Positions 1 through 9,910 of a stretch of 64,000 nucleotides of DNA are shown here, one piece after another. The translations under genes and the position numbers were made by a program. The notes under the pieces are model-generated. The model was not told the DNA's origin. It worked only from the letters and a program-made list of their open reading frames with translations, and did not search any database. Source of the stretch: Desulfurococcaceae archaeon (lineage in GTDB: Archaea; Thermoproteota; Thermoprotei_A; Sulfolobales; NBVN01); contig JAJHRE010000001.1 of the NCBI GenBank assembly GCA_020832985.1, forward strand, positions 28,776 to 92,775, written 5' to 3'. Every line of letters begins with the position of its first letter. The first letter of the stretch is position 1.

Positions 1-277
1 CTAGCTCATTATTAAGTGCTATAAGGACGTTATACTCAAGTAATGTGTATAGGTCGTTACCTACATTACCATCTTTCAACTCTATACTAGAAACCTTAGA
101 TGTTACACTACTATATACCCTCCTAGTACGTCTTAAATCCTCGACTAAGTCCTTAATCAGATCCTCATTATGACTACCACTACTAACCTTACTTAACTCA
201 ACCCTTAACCTATTAACTAATCTCTCATGTCTTAACGTAATTTCCTGAACCTCATTAAGTACTTCAAAATATGCCAT
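1..277 (-). CDS. Hypothetical coiled-coil protein, truncated by the window edge
   Basis: A minus-strand frame is open from the ATG at 275-277 to the window start. This ATG directly abuts the TAG (278-280) of the upstream ORF. The translation MAYFEVLNEVQEITLRHERLVNRLRVELSK... is heptad-like. No family was recognised. Confidence 0.3.
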   Translation of the reverse strand, partial: MAYFEVLNEVQEITLRHERLVNRLRVELSKVSSGSHNEDLIKDLVEDLRRTRRVYSSVTSKVSSIELKDGNVGNDLYTLLEYNVLIALNNEL

Positions 278-649
278 CTACGCCCCTCTCACTGTCACTA
301 TACTATTATCAGCTATTCCCTTAGACTTCATAGCGTCTGGATTAGCCCATACCTCATTAGGAGGTACTTTATCACTTATTACAGCCTTCAACTCTATACG
401 TTTTTTCCCGGCCACAGCAATACATGCGATATCCTTAATCCCTAACTCCTCAGCTAGAGCTTTAGATAGGTATAGTTCATCAGCATTCACAGAACTATTA
501 TATTTCAATCTAACTCTCCTCTCCTTAACCTTAACCTGTTTAGACATCAATGACTGCGGTGGTGGGATTATAGATACTAATGACTTAATATCCCTCTTAC
601 CACTACCTTCCTTAACATCTTTACTAGATTCCGACAGTAGATCCACCAC
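278..649 (-). CDS. Hypothetical small protein with a C-terminal cradle-loop-barrel-like domain (CDC48-N/AbrB-like)
   Basis: 123-aa ORF. The C-terminal ...LYLSKALAEELGIKDIACIAVAGKKRIELKAV...VWANPDAMKSKGIADNSIVTVRGA follows the pattern of VAT-N/AbrB-type small barrels. This is a family guess only. Confidence 0.35.
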   Translation of the reverse strand: MVDLLSESSKDVKEGSGKRDIKSLVSIIPPPQSLMSKQVKVKERRVRLKYNSSVNADELYLSKALAEELGIKDIACIAVAGKKRIELKAVISDKVPPNEVWANPDAMKSKGIADNSIVTVRGA

Positions 650-755
650 TTCTAAAATATCCTTAGAAATATTTAAGAATTAAACCTAGCGTAAAGTTGA
701 TAAGTAATCCTGAAATTTAGGGTGTTTCAATCAAGTGTATTTATTAACGAGAAGC

Positions 756-2489
756 TTAAGTTATTTCGTATAACCCTGTTAAGAATTCCTGAATCTTCTT
801 TAATACCTCATCCCTCCTCACCCTAACCTGCTTCCTAGAATCCCTATCACGGAGTGTTACTGTAGAATCTACTAGTGTTTGATGATCTACGGTTACTACA
901 ACCGGTATACCTATTTCATCAGCTCTAGCATAACGTCGTCCAATAGTTCCTGAATCATCATATACTACGTAGAACCCCCCATTAACTAACTCCTCATATA
1001 TTTCCTTAGCCTTAGCTTCTAACTCAGTATCATTGACTAGAGGGTATACAGCAACTTGAATAGGTGCTAAACTCCTCGGTAGTTTTAAAACTACCCTTCC
1101 ATCCTCCTCACTATATGCATGATCTAAAACTACTAGTAATAACCTCTCAGCACCGAATGATGGTTCTACAACATGCGGTATTATATGTTTACCGCTTACT
1201 TTCTCAGTAACTTCCTGAATACTTACAGCTGATTTCGGTATTGAATACCCACCTAAAACTATATATTCTTCAGAGCTACTTGAGATCTTAGACTTTAAGT
1301 CATTAACATCCATCGATGATATCAAGTTTAACACGTCCGTTGCCTTATCTTTAAAGAGCTTACCTATTAACGCTTTATTAACTACAACTTTATACGACTT
1401 AATAACCCTAGGTTCTTCAAACCTCTTAAAAACTCTGAGGTCCTGACCACTATACTTCATATGCCTTGATAAGTCATAGTCTGTTCTGTAAGCATGACCT
1501 GAAACTTCCAACCACCCCCACCTACTAATCCTAACTAATTGGTCAAACGTCTGTGCAGAATAATGAGCTCTCTCATGAGGTAACTTCTCCTCAAACATCA
1601 TATCATGTTCAGGGACACCAAGATCTATTAAGAAGTCCCTAGCTATACACATCCAATAAGCTGTCCAAGGCATTTTAATAATTTTCTCTCTTAGAGCTTC
1701 GTAAACATCTACCTCTACAGGTTCTTGAGACCCCTTAAGCCTATCCTCTGCACGTAGTATCCTTAACTTACCTTTACACCTGTCTAGTAAGGGGCATTCA
1801 AGGTTTTCAGGGTCGAAGAAGAATTCAACCTCCATTATAGTGAATTCCCTAAGCCTTACAATACCTTGCCTAGGTGAGATCTCATTACGTGCTACCCTAC
1901 CAATCTGAGCTATACCTATAGGTAACCTCTCCCTGAAAGCTTCATAAACACGTTTAAACGCTGTGAAGATGCCTTGAGCTGCTTCAGGTCTTAAGAAACC
2001 GATGTCTTGAGAGTAAGGACCTATAGTTGTCGTGAATAGTAGGTTGAATAGTTTAACATCGCTTAACTCACCACCACATAATGGGCATTTAACCCCCTTA
2101 TCACGTATTAATCTACTTAACTCATCAATTCCCATACCCTCAACCTTAACATTAAGACTCTCCTCAACTAACTGATCTGCTCTAAACTTCCTACCACACC
2201 TTAAACACTCAACTATAGGGTCTGTGAAATGCTCTACATGACCACTAGCTTCAAGGACTTTATAAGGCATTATTATAGGGGTCTCAATCTCTACTACGAA
2301 TCCTTGATTTCTCTTCACAAACCATTCACGCCACTTCTCAACTATTCTGTTCTTAAGAAGTGTGCCTAGAGGACCTAAATCGTAGAAACCAGCTACCCCA
2401 CCGTATATTTCGTAGGAAGGCCAGAAGAATCCCCTCCTCTTAGCTAGCTCAACAATCTTTTCATACTTATCAAAACCACTCATTCTCAA
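756..2489 (-). CDS. glyS: Glycine--tRNA ligase (archaeal/eukaryal-type GlyRS)
   Basis: 577 aa. N-terminal ...RRGFFWPSYEIYGGVAGFYDLGPLG..., class II core motifs (RPEAAQGIF, FRNEISPR) and a C-terminal anticodon-binding domain. Confidence 0.95.
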   Translation of the reverse strand: MRMSGFDKYEKIVELAKRRGFFWPSYEIYGGVAGFYDLGPLGTLLKNRIVEKWREWFVKRNQGFVVEIETPIIMPYKVLEASGHVEHFTDPIVECLRCGRKFRADQLVEESLNVKVEGMGIDELSRLIRDKGVKCPLCGGELSDVKLFNLLFTTTIGPYSQDIGFLRPEAAQGIFTAFKRVYEAFRERLPIGIAQIGRVARNEISPRQGIVRLREFTIMEVEFFFDPENLECPLLDRCKGKLRILRAEDRLKGSQEPVEVDVYEALREKIIKMPWTAYWMCIARDFLIDLGVPEHDMMFEEKLPHERAHYSAQTFDQLVRISRWGWLEVSGHAYRTDYDLSRHMKYSGQDLRVFKRFEEPRVIKSYKVVVNKALIGKLFKDKATDVLNLISSMDVNDLKSKISSSSEEYIVLGGYSIPKSAVSIQEVTEKVSGKHIIPHVVEPSFGAERLLLVVLDHAYSEEDGRVVLKLPRSLAPIQVAVYPLVNDTELEAKAKEIYEELVNGGFYVVYDDSGTIGRRYARADEIGIPVVVTVDHQTLVDSTVTLRDRDSRKQVRVRRDEVLKKIQEFLTGLYEIT

Positions 2490-2695
2490 ACCCCTAATAG
2501 ATACCTAACTACTTAAGTATATATGAAGTTATATAATTAAGACTGATCAATCCAAAACGCTTAAGATATCGTTTACACTTAATCATACACATTACCACTG
2601 TAAATCATTAACCCACCATGAGCGTTAAGTCTGACCATAATTAAAACATATTTAAAATCAGTATAGCATATTCTTCTGTGATTGGAGGGTATTAT

Positions 2696-3607
2696 ATGAA
2701 GGAGTTATATATAGTTAGAAGCCCTTACACATTCAACGGCATGGATGTAAGAGTTGAGAAGCCTTTATTCACCGTTGTTGGTATCCCACTAGACTCTACA
2801 TCAAGTTTTAGGTCTGGCTGTAGATTCGCACCGTTATACGTTAGACTAGCTTCACAAACTATAGAGTTATTCTCTTTAAGGTCTTTAATAAATATTGAGG
2901 AAATCCCTATAGCTGATGCTGGTGATGTAGTAATACCTCACGGTGATGTTACTAGGTCGTTAAGTATTATTGAGGGTGTGGTTTCAGAGTTGATCAGTGA
3001 TGGTTTACGTTTAGTATTCATAGGTGGTGAACACACCATTTCTTTAGGAGTTGTTAAGGGTTTGATGAAGGCGTTAACTACTAGTAATGTCTGTTACCTA
3101 TGTTTCGACTCACATAGTGACTTCAGGTATGAGTACTTAGGTAGTAAGTATAGCCACGCATGTGTTACTAGGAGGATTTATGAAATCTTAGGTAATCGTA
3201 GAATTACTCTAGTAGGTATTAGAGCTGTTTCACATGAGGAGTATAGAGACTTAAAGAACTCCAACATAAGATACTTCACATCTAATCAGGTTAAAACGTT
3301 AGGAGTAAGGGAAATAAGCAGAAATATAAGTAAGGCGTTAGAGGATTGTTCTAAGATTCACTTAAGCATTGATTTAGATGTTTTAGACCCAGCATACGCC
3401 CCAGGCGTTACAACCCCTGAACCTGAAGGAATAACACCTACTGAATTACTAGATATACTACAATTAATTATCGATGATAGATTCATATCTTTAGATGTAG
3501 TTGAATTAACACCTAGTTACGACCAATCAATGATAACATCAATAGTTGCTGCTAAGATAATAAATGAAGTCCTAGGGATGATATACAGTAAGATTTCTAT
3601 GAAGTAG
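2696..3607 (+). CDS. speB: Agmatinase / arginase-family ureohydrolase
   Basis: Mn-binding motifs GGEHTISLG, DSHSDF and SIDLDVLDPAYAPGVTTPEPEG. I prefer the ATG at 2696 because GGAGGGT lies 7 nt upstream; the ORF track starts at GTG 2678. Confidence 0.85.
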   Translation: MKELYIVRSPYTFNGMDVRVEKPLFTVVGIPLDSTSSFRSGCRFAPLYVRLASQTIELFSLRSLINIEEIPIADAGDVVIPHGDVTRSLSIIEGVVSELISDGLRLVFIGGEHTISLGVVKGLMKALTTSNVCYLCFDSHSDFRYEYLGSKYSHACVTRRIYEILGNRRITLVGIRAVSHEEYRDLKNSNIRYFTSNQVKTLGVREISRNISKALEDCSKIHLSIDLDVLDPAYAPGVTTPEPEGITPTELLDILQLIIDDRFISLDVVELTPSYDQSMITSIVAAKIINEVLGMIYSKISMK

Positions 3608-3711
3608 TGTTGATTTGTAGAAGGAATACCGCTACATCACTTTACACGGTTATAACTAGAGGTTAATACAATAAAATTTAAGAGTTCTTCCTGAATTAAG
3701 TAGGGGGTACT

Positions 3712-3867
3712 ATGAGTGAAGAAATACTTTATAAATGCTGGATGTGTGGGAGGACGTTCTCAAATAAGGATATAGAACTCATAGAAAGGATTAGTTGTCC
3801 ATACTGCTCATCTAGGATAATAGTTAAAATTAGGAAGGATGTTTGGAGACGTGTAAAAGCTATTTAA
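3712..3867 (+). CDS. rpoP: DNA-directed RNA polymerase subunit P (Rpo12)
   Basis: A 51-aa ORF below the ORF-track cutoff: MSEEILYKCWMCGRTFSNKDIELIERISCPYCSSRIIVKIRKDVWRRVKAI. It has the CxxC...CPYC zinc ribbon and ...KAI end typical of archaeal RpoP. GGGGGT lies just upstream of the ATG. Confidence 0.8.
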   Translation: MSEEILYKCWMCGRTFSNKDIELIERISCPYCSSRIIVKIRKDVWRRVKAI

Positions 3868-3992
3868 TATTAATCATCTACACTATCTCAGCATCTTCAT
3901 GAATACCTCTAGTTCCTAAAATGTTTTAATCATTTAATAATTACTGAGTTAATTAGTTAGTAGGGAGTGTTGAGATTAAGGTTTGAAGTACT

Positions 3993-5639
3993 ATGGTGGC
4001 TAATTATGTTGTGAGTACTAGGAAGTGGCTTGATGATGATGAGTTTAGAGAAGTTATTAGTATTGCTGATTACCTTGGGAGAGAGAATGGAGTCTCAAAA
4101 TTCAGTCTCAACTTAAGTAAGATTTTAAGGAATGGTTTTGATGTTGATGATGTTGTAGAGATACTTGAGAAATACGATTTTACCTATAGTGAAGACCTAA
4201 TTAAAATACTCTCTAAAGAACTTTCCAGAGAGGTTGAGGTCGTGATGGAATTTGATGTTAATAGTAAGAACATAATATTAATACCTAATACCTACTTAGG
4301 AGAAATCTATGAGAAGATAAAGAATTATGTTACCTATGATAGGCAGAAGAAGAATTTTAAAGTGCTTCCTTACTACTTCTTCACCGTAGTAAAGATTTTA
4401 ACTGACTTAGGCGTTAAGGTAATTAACAATACAGGGTTTAAGGAGTTACAACCATTACCTTTTAAGTTAGAGTTTAAAGGAAGTTTAAGAGATTATCAGG
4501 TTGAAGCTCTTGATAAATGGATTTCTAATAATTATCAAGGTATTATAGCACTGCCGACAGGTTCTGGGAAGACTGTTATAGGTATAGCAGCTATTTGTAG
4601 ATTGAGTGAGAGGTGTTTAATAGTTACTTACACTAAGGATCAGTTAACTCAGTGGGTAGACTCAATACTGAGGTTTACTAATGCGTCGAGGTCTGCTATA
4701 GGTATGTACTATAGTGAGGAGAAGAATATCGCCCCAATAACTCTAACTACCTATCAGACAGCCTATAAATACATAACTAATTTAATGCCTTACTTCTCCC
4801 TACTCATAATAGATGAAGTACATCATCTACCTGCTGAGAAGTTTAAACATATAGCTCTATACTCAATAGCACAACATAGGATGGGTCTTTCAGCAACTCC
4901 GTATAGGGAGGACGGTAAACACACTATTCTCTTCCCCTTAATGGGTGGTGTTGTATATTATAAGACCCCTACAGAGCTTGCTGAGATGGGGTACTTAGCA
5001 CCTTATGAAGTTATTACAATCTACGTTAGGTTAACCCCTGATGAGAGGAAGAAGTATCTAGAGCTGATTAAGAAGTATAGGGAGTTAGTAGGTAGTAGTA
5101 CTTTTGAAGATGTTTTAAAAGCTGCTAAGAACGGTAATCCTAAAGCTTTAGAAGCGTTGAAGATCCATACATCAATTAAATTACTAGTTCAGAAGTCTAG
5201 GAGTAAAGTAGAGAAAGTGAAGGAAATTATAGAATCTGAAGTTAGTAAGGGGAATAAGATCATCGTATTCGCACATTATGTAGACCTTGCTGAAGAGATA
5301 GCGAAGTCTGTCGGTGCGTTACTCCTTACAGGTGATATGGATAAGAGTAGGAGGGAGTACATATTAAGTAAGTTTAAACAGATGAAATATGGAGTATTAG
5401 TAGTTACTACTGTTGGTGATGAAGGCCTAGACATACCTGACGCGTCAGTCGGTATCTTAGTCGCTGGTACAGGCTCTAGAAGACAGTTCATACAGAGACT
5501 TGGTAGGTTGTTAAGGCCTAAGGAAGGGAAGAAGGCAGTACTATATGAGATTGTGGTGAGGGGTACTAGTGAGGAACTACAGTCAAAAAGACGTAAATCC
5601 TTAGAGTTAGATTTAGATATTGAAGATCAGAATATATAA
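3993..5639 (+). CDS. xpb: XPB/Rad25-type SF2 DNA helicase
   Basis: Walker A LPTGSGKT, DEVHH box, the XPB-specific RED motif (SATPYREDG) and helicase C-terminal motifs (TTVGDEGLDIP, QFIQRLGRLLR). Confidence 0.85.
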   Translation: MVANYVVSTRKWLDDDEFREVISIADYLGRENGVSKFSLNLSKILRNGFDVDDVVEILEKYDFTYSEDLIKILSKELSREVEVVMEFDVNSKNIILIPNTYLGEIYEKIKNYVTYDRQKKNFKVLPYYFFTVVKILTDLGVKVINNTGFKELQPLPFKLEFKGSLRDYQVEALDKWISNNYQGIIALPTGSGKTVIGIAAICRLSERCLIVTYTKDQLTQWVDSILRFTNASRSAIGMYYSEEKNIAPITLTTYQTAYKYITNLMPYFSLLIIDEVHHLPAEKFKHIALYSIAQHRMGLSATPYREDGKHTILFPLMGGVVYYKTPTELAEMGYLAPYEVITIYVRLTPDERKKYLELIKKYRELVGSSTFEDVLKAAKNGNPKALEALKIHTSIKLLVQKSRSKVEKVKEIIESEVSKGNKIIVFAHYVDLAEEIAKSVGALLLTGDMDKSRREYILSKFKQMKYGVLVVTTVGDEGLDIPDASVGILVAGTGSRRQFIQRLGRLLRPKEGKKAVLYEIVVRGTSEELQSKRRKSLELDLDIEDQNI

Positions 5640-6415
5640 AGTAGTGAACGGAGTAGGAGTCCCTTAGAAAATATTAAGTCTGTAGTGAATATCAAGGACT
5701 TGTTAGGTAATTCTAAAGCTAATACCTTAGAATTCAAGTAGATTAAAGGCCTACCATAAACTAATAACTTATTCAGAATATAGTGATTACTTATGAAACC
5801 CTGAAACTCCTCAGATTCAATACCGTAAGTTAGTATATGGTCTTTAAAGTAAGTTTTCAAGAACCCTCTAACTAATACCTTATCAACACCTTTTAAAGAC
5901 CTTAAGTCTGCGATCATCCTTAACTTAAGCAATGAATTACTAAATACTGTAGGTTCTAAACACTCACTACACGATACTAGTACAGCTCCACCACACTCTA
6001 AAACCTCATCTAAGGTATTGACCACCTTAACACTTAATCCTAAATCACTTAAAACATCTAGTATAGGTTTATCAGCTAATACCACTAAGTTACTGGGGAA
6101 CTTCTTACATTCCACCCAAGCATGATCTGCTAACTTATAAACACTTATATCTAAGCTTAAACTCAATAACCTACTCATTACCTCATAACCATCGTCATAA
6201 CGTATAAAGAAAGTTAATGGAGGTATAGTTAGGTACCTCCTAACATCATTCATAAGAACAACAACTACAGAAGTCCTTAAATTCACCAGTATATCCGTAA
6301 CCTCACTTAAAGTACTTAAGTACTTAAACACCTTGAACAATGTTTCCAACCTATAATCATTTAAAACAACTACTACATAATCACTACTAACTAAAGTCCT
6401 TAAACCACCTTCCAC
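5627..6415 (-). CDS. Hypothetical protein
   Basis: 262-aa ORF that is convergent with xpb and overlaps it tail-to-tail by 13 nt. No motif was recognised. It is treated as coding only because of its length and the absence of a better frame. Confidence 0.4.
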   Translation of the reverse strand: MEGGLRTLVSSDYVVVVLNDYRLETLFKVFKYLSTLSEVTDILVNLRTSVVVVLMNDVRRYLTIPPLTFFIRYDDGYEVMSRLLSLSLDISVYKLADHAWVECKKFPSNLVVLADKPILDVLSDLGLSVKVVNTLDEVLECGGAVLVSCSECLEPTVFSNSLLKLRMIADLRSLKGVDKVLVRGFLKTYFKDHILTYGIESEEFQGFISNHYILNKLLVYGRPLIYLNSKVLALELPNKSLIFTTDLIFSKGLLLRSLLYIF

Positions 6416-6649
6416 TTAATCCCACCCGTCAATCAATATCATCCTTTCTCAATACCTTAACCAGAAATCCCTACTTATATTTCTGACTAAATTCTAAAGG
6501 ACACTCATCCCCCAGTAACAACCCTTCTTAATAATCACCACCTTACTCAATAGCAAACATCTGAATACATGTTCTACATAGTAATTTAAAATTAAACATA
6601 ACCAACGTAATTACTATAGATATTTTAAACTCCTCTGTAAATTCATGTT

Positions 6650-6706
6650 AGTAATGATGAGACTCGTAAGGGTTGATCGGTGATCGTGACCAGGCTTCTG
6701 ATGAGA
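6650..6706 (+). ncRNA. Candidate C/D-box sRNA
   Basis: C box ATGATGA (6654-6660), 12-nt spacer, D' TTGA (6673-6676), 3 nt, C' GTGATCG (6680-6686), 11-nt spacer, D CTGA (6698-6701). It sits in a 345-bp intergenic gap. The D' and C' boxes are degenerate. Confidence 0.5.
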
Positions 6707-6760
6707 ACAATCATTAACTACTGATTTCATGATCGTAGAGACTTGTAGTATCTGATAAAC

Positions 6761-7411
6761 TCATATATACTCATCTAATGTTTTAACGCTACTGTAAATC
6801 TTCTTAATAGTTTTCCAACTCTTCCTAACTATAGGTGGTACTTCACTACGCGTTAACACTATATCTCTAATCCACTTTATTGTTTTAGGGTCTGAAGGAT
6901 ATCCACTCCCGAAGTCGCCGTATAACGTTTTCAGATATTCTATATGTCTATCCCTTAATACCTTAGCTACTATGCTGGCTGCGGATACTGGTATGTATTT
7001 CTCATCAGCATTATACTCAACAATTAAATTAGTACCATGGTATACAATACCGCTTAACGAATTAACTATCTTCTTCATATTTGATGTAGAGTCTATGTAT
7101 ATTGTAGTTGGTTTAAAACCTAATTTATATACAGTCTTAATCGACATCTTAATAGCATCTAGGAATAAGTCATTAAGATTTACAGAATCTATAACATCTG
7201 GCTGATACCTCCTAACATATATGAATGATGCGTTACTTAGAATTACTTTAAAGAGTTTAGATCTAGAATTCTGTGATAACTTCTTACTATCTTTAACACC
7301 GGCATTAGCTAATAATTCAACTACGTCATCATATAACGCAACTGCTGCTACAAACATATCACCTACTAAGCATCCCCTCCCAGCCTCATCGATACCTAAG
7401 TGCAGCAACAC
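6761..7411 (-). CDS. rnhB: Ribonuclease HII
   Basis: N-terminal GIDEAGRGCLVGDMFVAAV catalytic motif, and ...ADEKYIPVSAASIVAKV... Confidence 0.9.
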   Translation of the reverse strand: MLLHLGIDEAGRGCLVGDMFVAAVALYDDVVELLANAGVKDSKKLSQNSRSKLFKVILSNASFIYVRRYQPDVIDSVNLNDLFLDAIKMSIKTVYKLGFKPTTIYIDSTSNMKKIVNSLSGIVYHGTNLIVEYNADEKYIPVSAASIVAKVLRDRHIEYLKTLYGDFGSGYPSDPKTIKWIRDIVLTRSEVPPIVRKSWKTIKKIYSSVKTLDEYI

Positions 7412-7482
7412 CTATCCCTAACGAGTAATGTTATAGTTACAATATTTAAAATGACATAAGTTTAATTAATACCTGAAGAGGA

Positions 7483-8679
7483 ATGGTAACTAACTTACCT
7501 ACCGAAGCTAAGGTTAGATTAGCTAAGTATTCAGAGGCTAAGACCCCTGAGGAGAAATTAAGAGCTCTTCAAGAATTCCTATCTGTAGTTCCTAAGCATA
7601 AGGGTACTGAAAACTTAGTTTACTGGGCTAAGAGACGGATGGCTGAGCTTAGAGAAGAGATTGAGGAGAGGAAGTCTAAAAAGGTTGGAGGTGGGGGGCC
7701 ATCATTCTTCATAGAAAAGGAAGGAGCAGCTCAAATAGTTATTCTAGGAATGACGTTAAGCGGTAAGAGCTCTATATTAAGTAGACTAACTAATGCTAAA
7801 CCATATATAAGTGATACTCCGTACAATACTAAATTCCCAGTACCCGGTATGTTAACTTATGAAGACATACAATTCCAACTTGTTGAAGCACCAGCAGTAG
7901 TTAAGGGATTATCAGATGGGGCTATATGGTGGGGTTCACGTGTATTAGGCCTAGCTAGGAACTCCGACGCATTAATACTTGTAGTAGACTTAAGTAACAA
8001 CCCTTCAGAACAGCTAGAAACCATTATTAACGAGTTAAACAATGCCGGCATATATACTACACAGCCTAAGGGCTACGTAGTTATAGAGAAATCTAAAGCT
8101 TACCAAGGAGTTAAGGTGGTAAATCTAGGTAAGCTAATTAACTGTACAGTAGATGATATTAAGAAGTTGTTAGAGTCTTATAGAATATATAACGCGTTAG
8201 TTAAACTTTACGGAGAGGTAACACTAGATGATGTTGAGAGAAGTATTTTTGAGAACATAACATATAAACCAGCTATAGTCCTAGCTAATAAGTACGACTT
8301 AGTTTATAATAAGGATGTTGATGAGATAGTTAAAGAGTTACGTCCTGTGTGTAGGGACCTACCGATCTTCATAGTATCTGCTAAGACTGGGTTCGGAATA
8401 CGTGAGCTACCGAAGAATATGTTTAAAATCCTTAACATAATTAGAGTCTATACTAAGGAACCTAATAGTAAGTCACCATCACCAAAACCTTTAATACTTA
8501 AGAGTAACTCTACAGTTGCTGACGCATTAAAACACCTACGTGAGGAACTCCTCCAATACTTTAAGTATGCTAGGATTTGGGGCCCATCAGCTAAGTACCC
8601 AGGTGAGAGGGTTGGACTTGAACATGTATTAATGGATGGTGATATCATAGAAATCCATACAAGGATAAAAGCTGTATAA
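7483..8679 (+). CDS. DRG/Rbg-type Obg-family GTPase with C-terminal TGS domain
   Basis: P-loop GMTLSGKSS, G4 NKYD and a C-terminal TGS-like ...VLMDGDIIEIH. The N-terminal helical region is typical of archaeal DRG homologs. Confidence 0.85.
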   Translation: MVTNLPTEAKVRLAKYSEAKTPEEKLRALQEFLSVVPKHKGTENLVYWAKRRMAELREEIEERKSKKVGGGGPSFFIEKEGAAQIVILGMTLSGKSSILSRLTNAKPYISDTPYNTKFPVPGMLTYEDIQFQLVEAPAVVKGLSDGAIWWGSRVLGLARNSDALILVVDLSNNPSEQLETIINELNNAGIYTTQPKGYVVIEKSKAYQGVKVVNLGKLINCTVDDIKKLLESYRIYNALVKLYGEVTLDDVERSIFENITYKPAIVLANKYDLVYNKDVDEIVKELRPVCRDLPIFIVSAKTGFGIRELPKNMFKILNIIRVYTKEPNSKSPSPKPLILKSNSTVADALKHLREELLQYFKYARIWGPSAKYPGERVGLEHVLMDGDIIEIHTRIKAV

Positions 8680-8800
8680 CTCAAAGATCAGTAGATGATT
8701 AGATAGCTTAGGACTTATTGGTAATATAATTCTAAACGTATTGAATACCTACATAGATATTATCCCTAAACTATCCAGGTAATTAATTTAAGAAGATAAT

Positions 8801-9895
8801 CTAATAACTACTGGCGGAGTACTCTAGATACTTACTTATTAACTCCTTCAGTAAGTCAATGTTTACTAGCTTAAGGGCTGAGATAGGTATGACTTTCCAC
8901 TCCCACCTATAGTTATTACTTAAGAACTCCTTAACAATCTCTAACTTACTCATTAATTCATCATTACCTACAGCATCAATCTTATTTAGAGCTACTATTA
9001 ACGGCTTACCTAAGTAGCCTATCTTAGTCATAACATCTAAAGAAGTCTTTAACTTATCAATTATTACATTAGGGGGTTCTGTAGAGTCTAAGAGCATTAC
9101 ACTTAGGTTAGACTCAACTATCTCTTCAAGTGTTGCGTAGAAAGCCTCTATAACATCTGCAGGTACTTTCCTTATAAACCCTACAGTATCTACAAACATT
9201 ACTTTCCTACCGTTAATTAAAGCACCCTTAACCTTAGGAGAGATTGTTGTGAACATCCCCTGACCTACAGGTTTAGACTCATTAGTTAATACGTTAAATA
9301 ACGTTGTCTTACCAGCATTAGTATACCCGGATATAGCTACCTGTGGATACCCACGACTCGATCTTTTAATCCTCTCTAAACGTCTCCTCTCTCTAAGCTT
9401 AATTAACTCCTTCTTAATCTTAGCATACCTCCTCCTCATATTGTAGTAGTAAGCATCGGTAGCGTACCCTCCAGAGCTTAGGAAACCTGGTAACTCACCG
9501 AGTTTAGCTCTACGTATCCATTCCTTAATTAACGGTAGTTCATGTCTTAAACGTATCATCTCTATCTGTAGCTTAGCTTCTTTAGAACCTGCATGTAGTG
9601 CGAATATCTCAAGTATCAAACTTATCTTATCAGCTATATCAACCTTTAACTCCTTCATTAAGTTTATTATATGTCTAGGTTTTAACTCGTAGTATATGTA
9701 AACCTTACCTACGTTATACTTAGTAATGAGGTCCTTTAACTCCATTAACTTACTCTTACTTAGGTAGAAGCTACTAGTAACACCTCTACTCTTAAGACTT
9801 AAAAATCTTAGTGGATTCAAACCTAACGTCTTGATTAGGGCTCTTACCTCCTCAACATCTTCCTCAGATGCTACTACTAATACGTTATCAATCAT
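8801..9895 (-). CDS. hflX: GTPase HflX
   Basis: An HflX N-terminal domain followed by the G domain: GYTNAGKTTLFN, DTVGF, NKID. Confidence 0.85.
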   Translation of the reverse strand: MIDNVLVVASEEDVEEVRALIKTLGLNPLRFLSLKSRGVTSSFYLSKSKLMELKDLITKYNVGKVYIYYELKPRHIINLMKELKVDIADKISLILEIFALHAGSKEAKLQIEMIRLRHELPLIKEWIRRAKLGELPGFLSSGGYATDAYYYNMRRRYAKIKKELIKLRERRRLERIKRSSRGYPQVAISGYTNAGKTTLFNVLTNESKPVGQGMFTTISPKVKGALINGRKVMFVDTVGFIRKVPADVIEAFYATLEEIVESNLSVMLLDSTEPPNVIIDKLKTSLDVMTKIGYLGKPLIVALNKIDAVGNDELMSKLEIVKEFLSNNYRWEWKVIPISALKLVNIDLLKELISKYLEYSASSY

Positions 9896-9910
9896 ATGCT
9901 TACGTACCCA

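Noticed and set aside
3967-4014. A short upstream frame, V-LRLRFEVLWWLIML*, overlapping the xpb start. Its LRLRFE resembles the first residues of some archaeal XPB proteins and suggests a frameshifted N-terminus.
   Set aside because: Only about 6 residues of resemblance. The annotated frame already provides a full-length (548-aa) XPB. No homopolymer or slippery site is evident.
6702-6750. A possible second C/D half-unit after the 6650-6706 element (ATGATCG ...16 nt... CTGA).
   Set aside because: It has a degenerate box, the wrong spacer length and no partner boxes.
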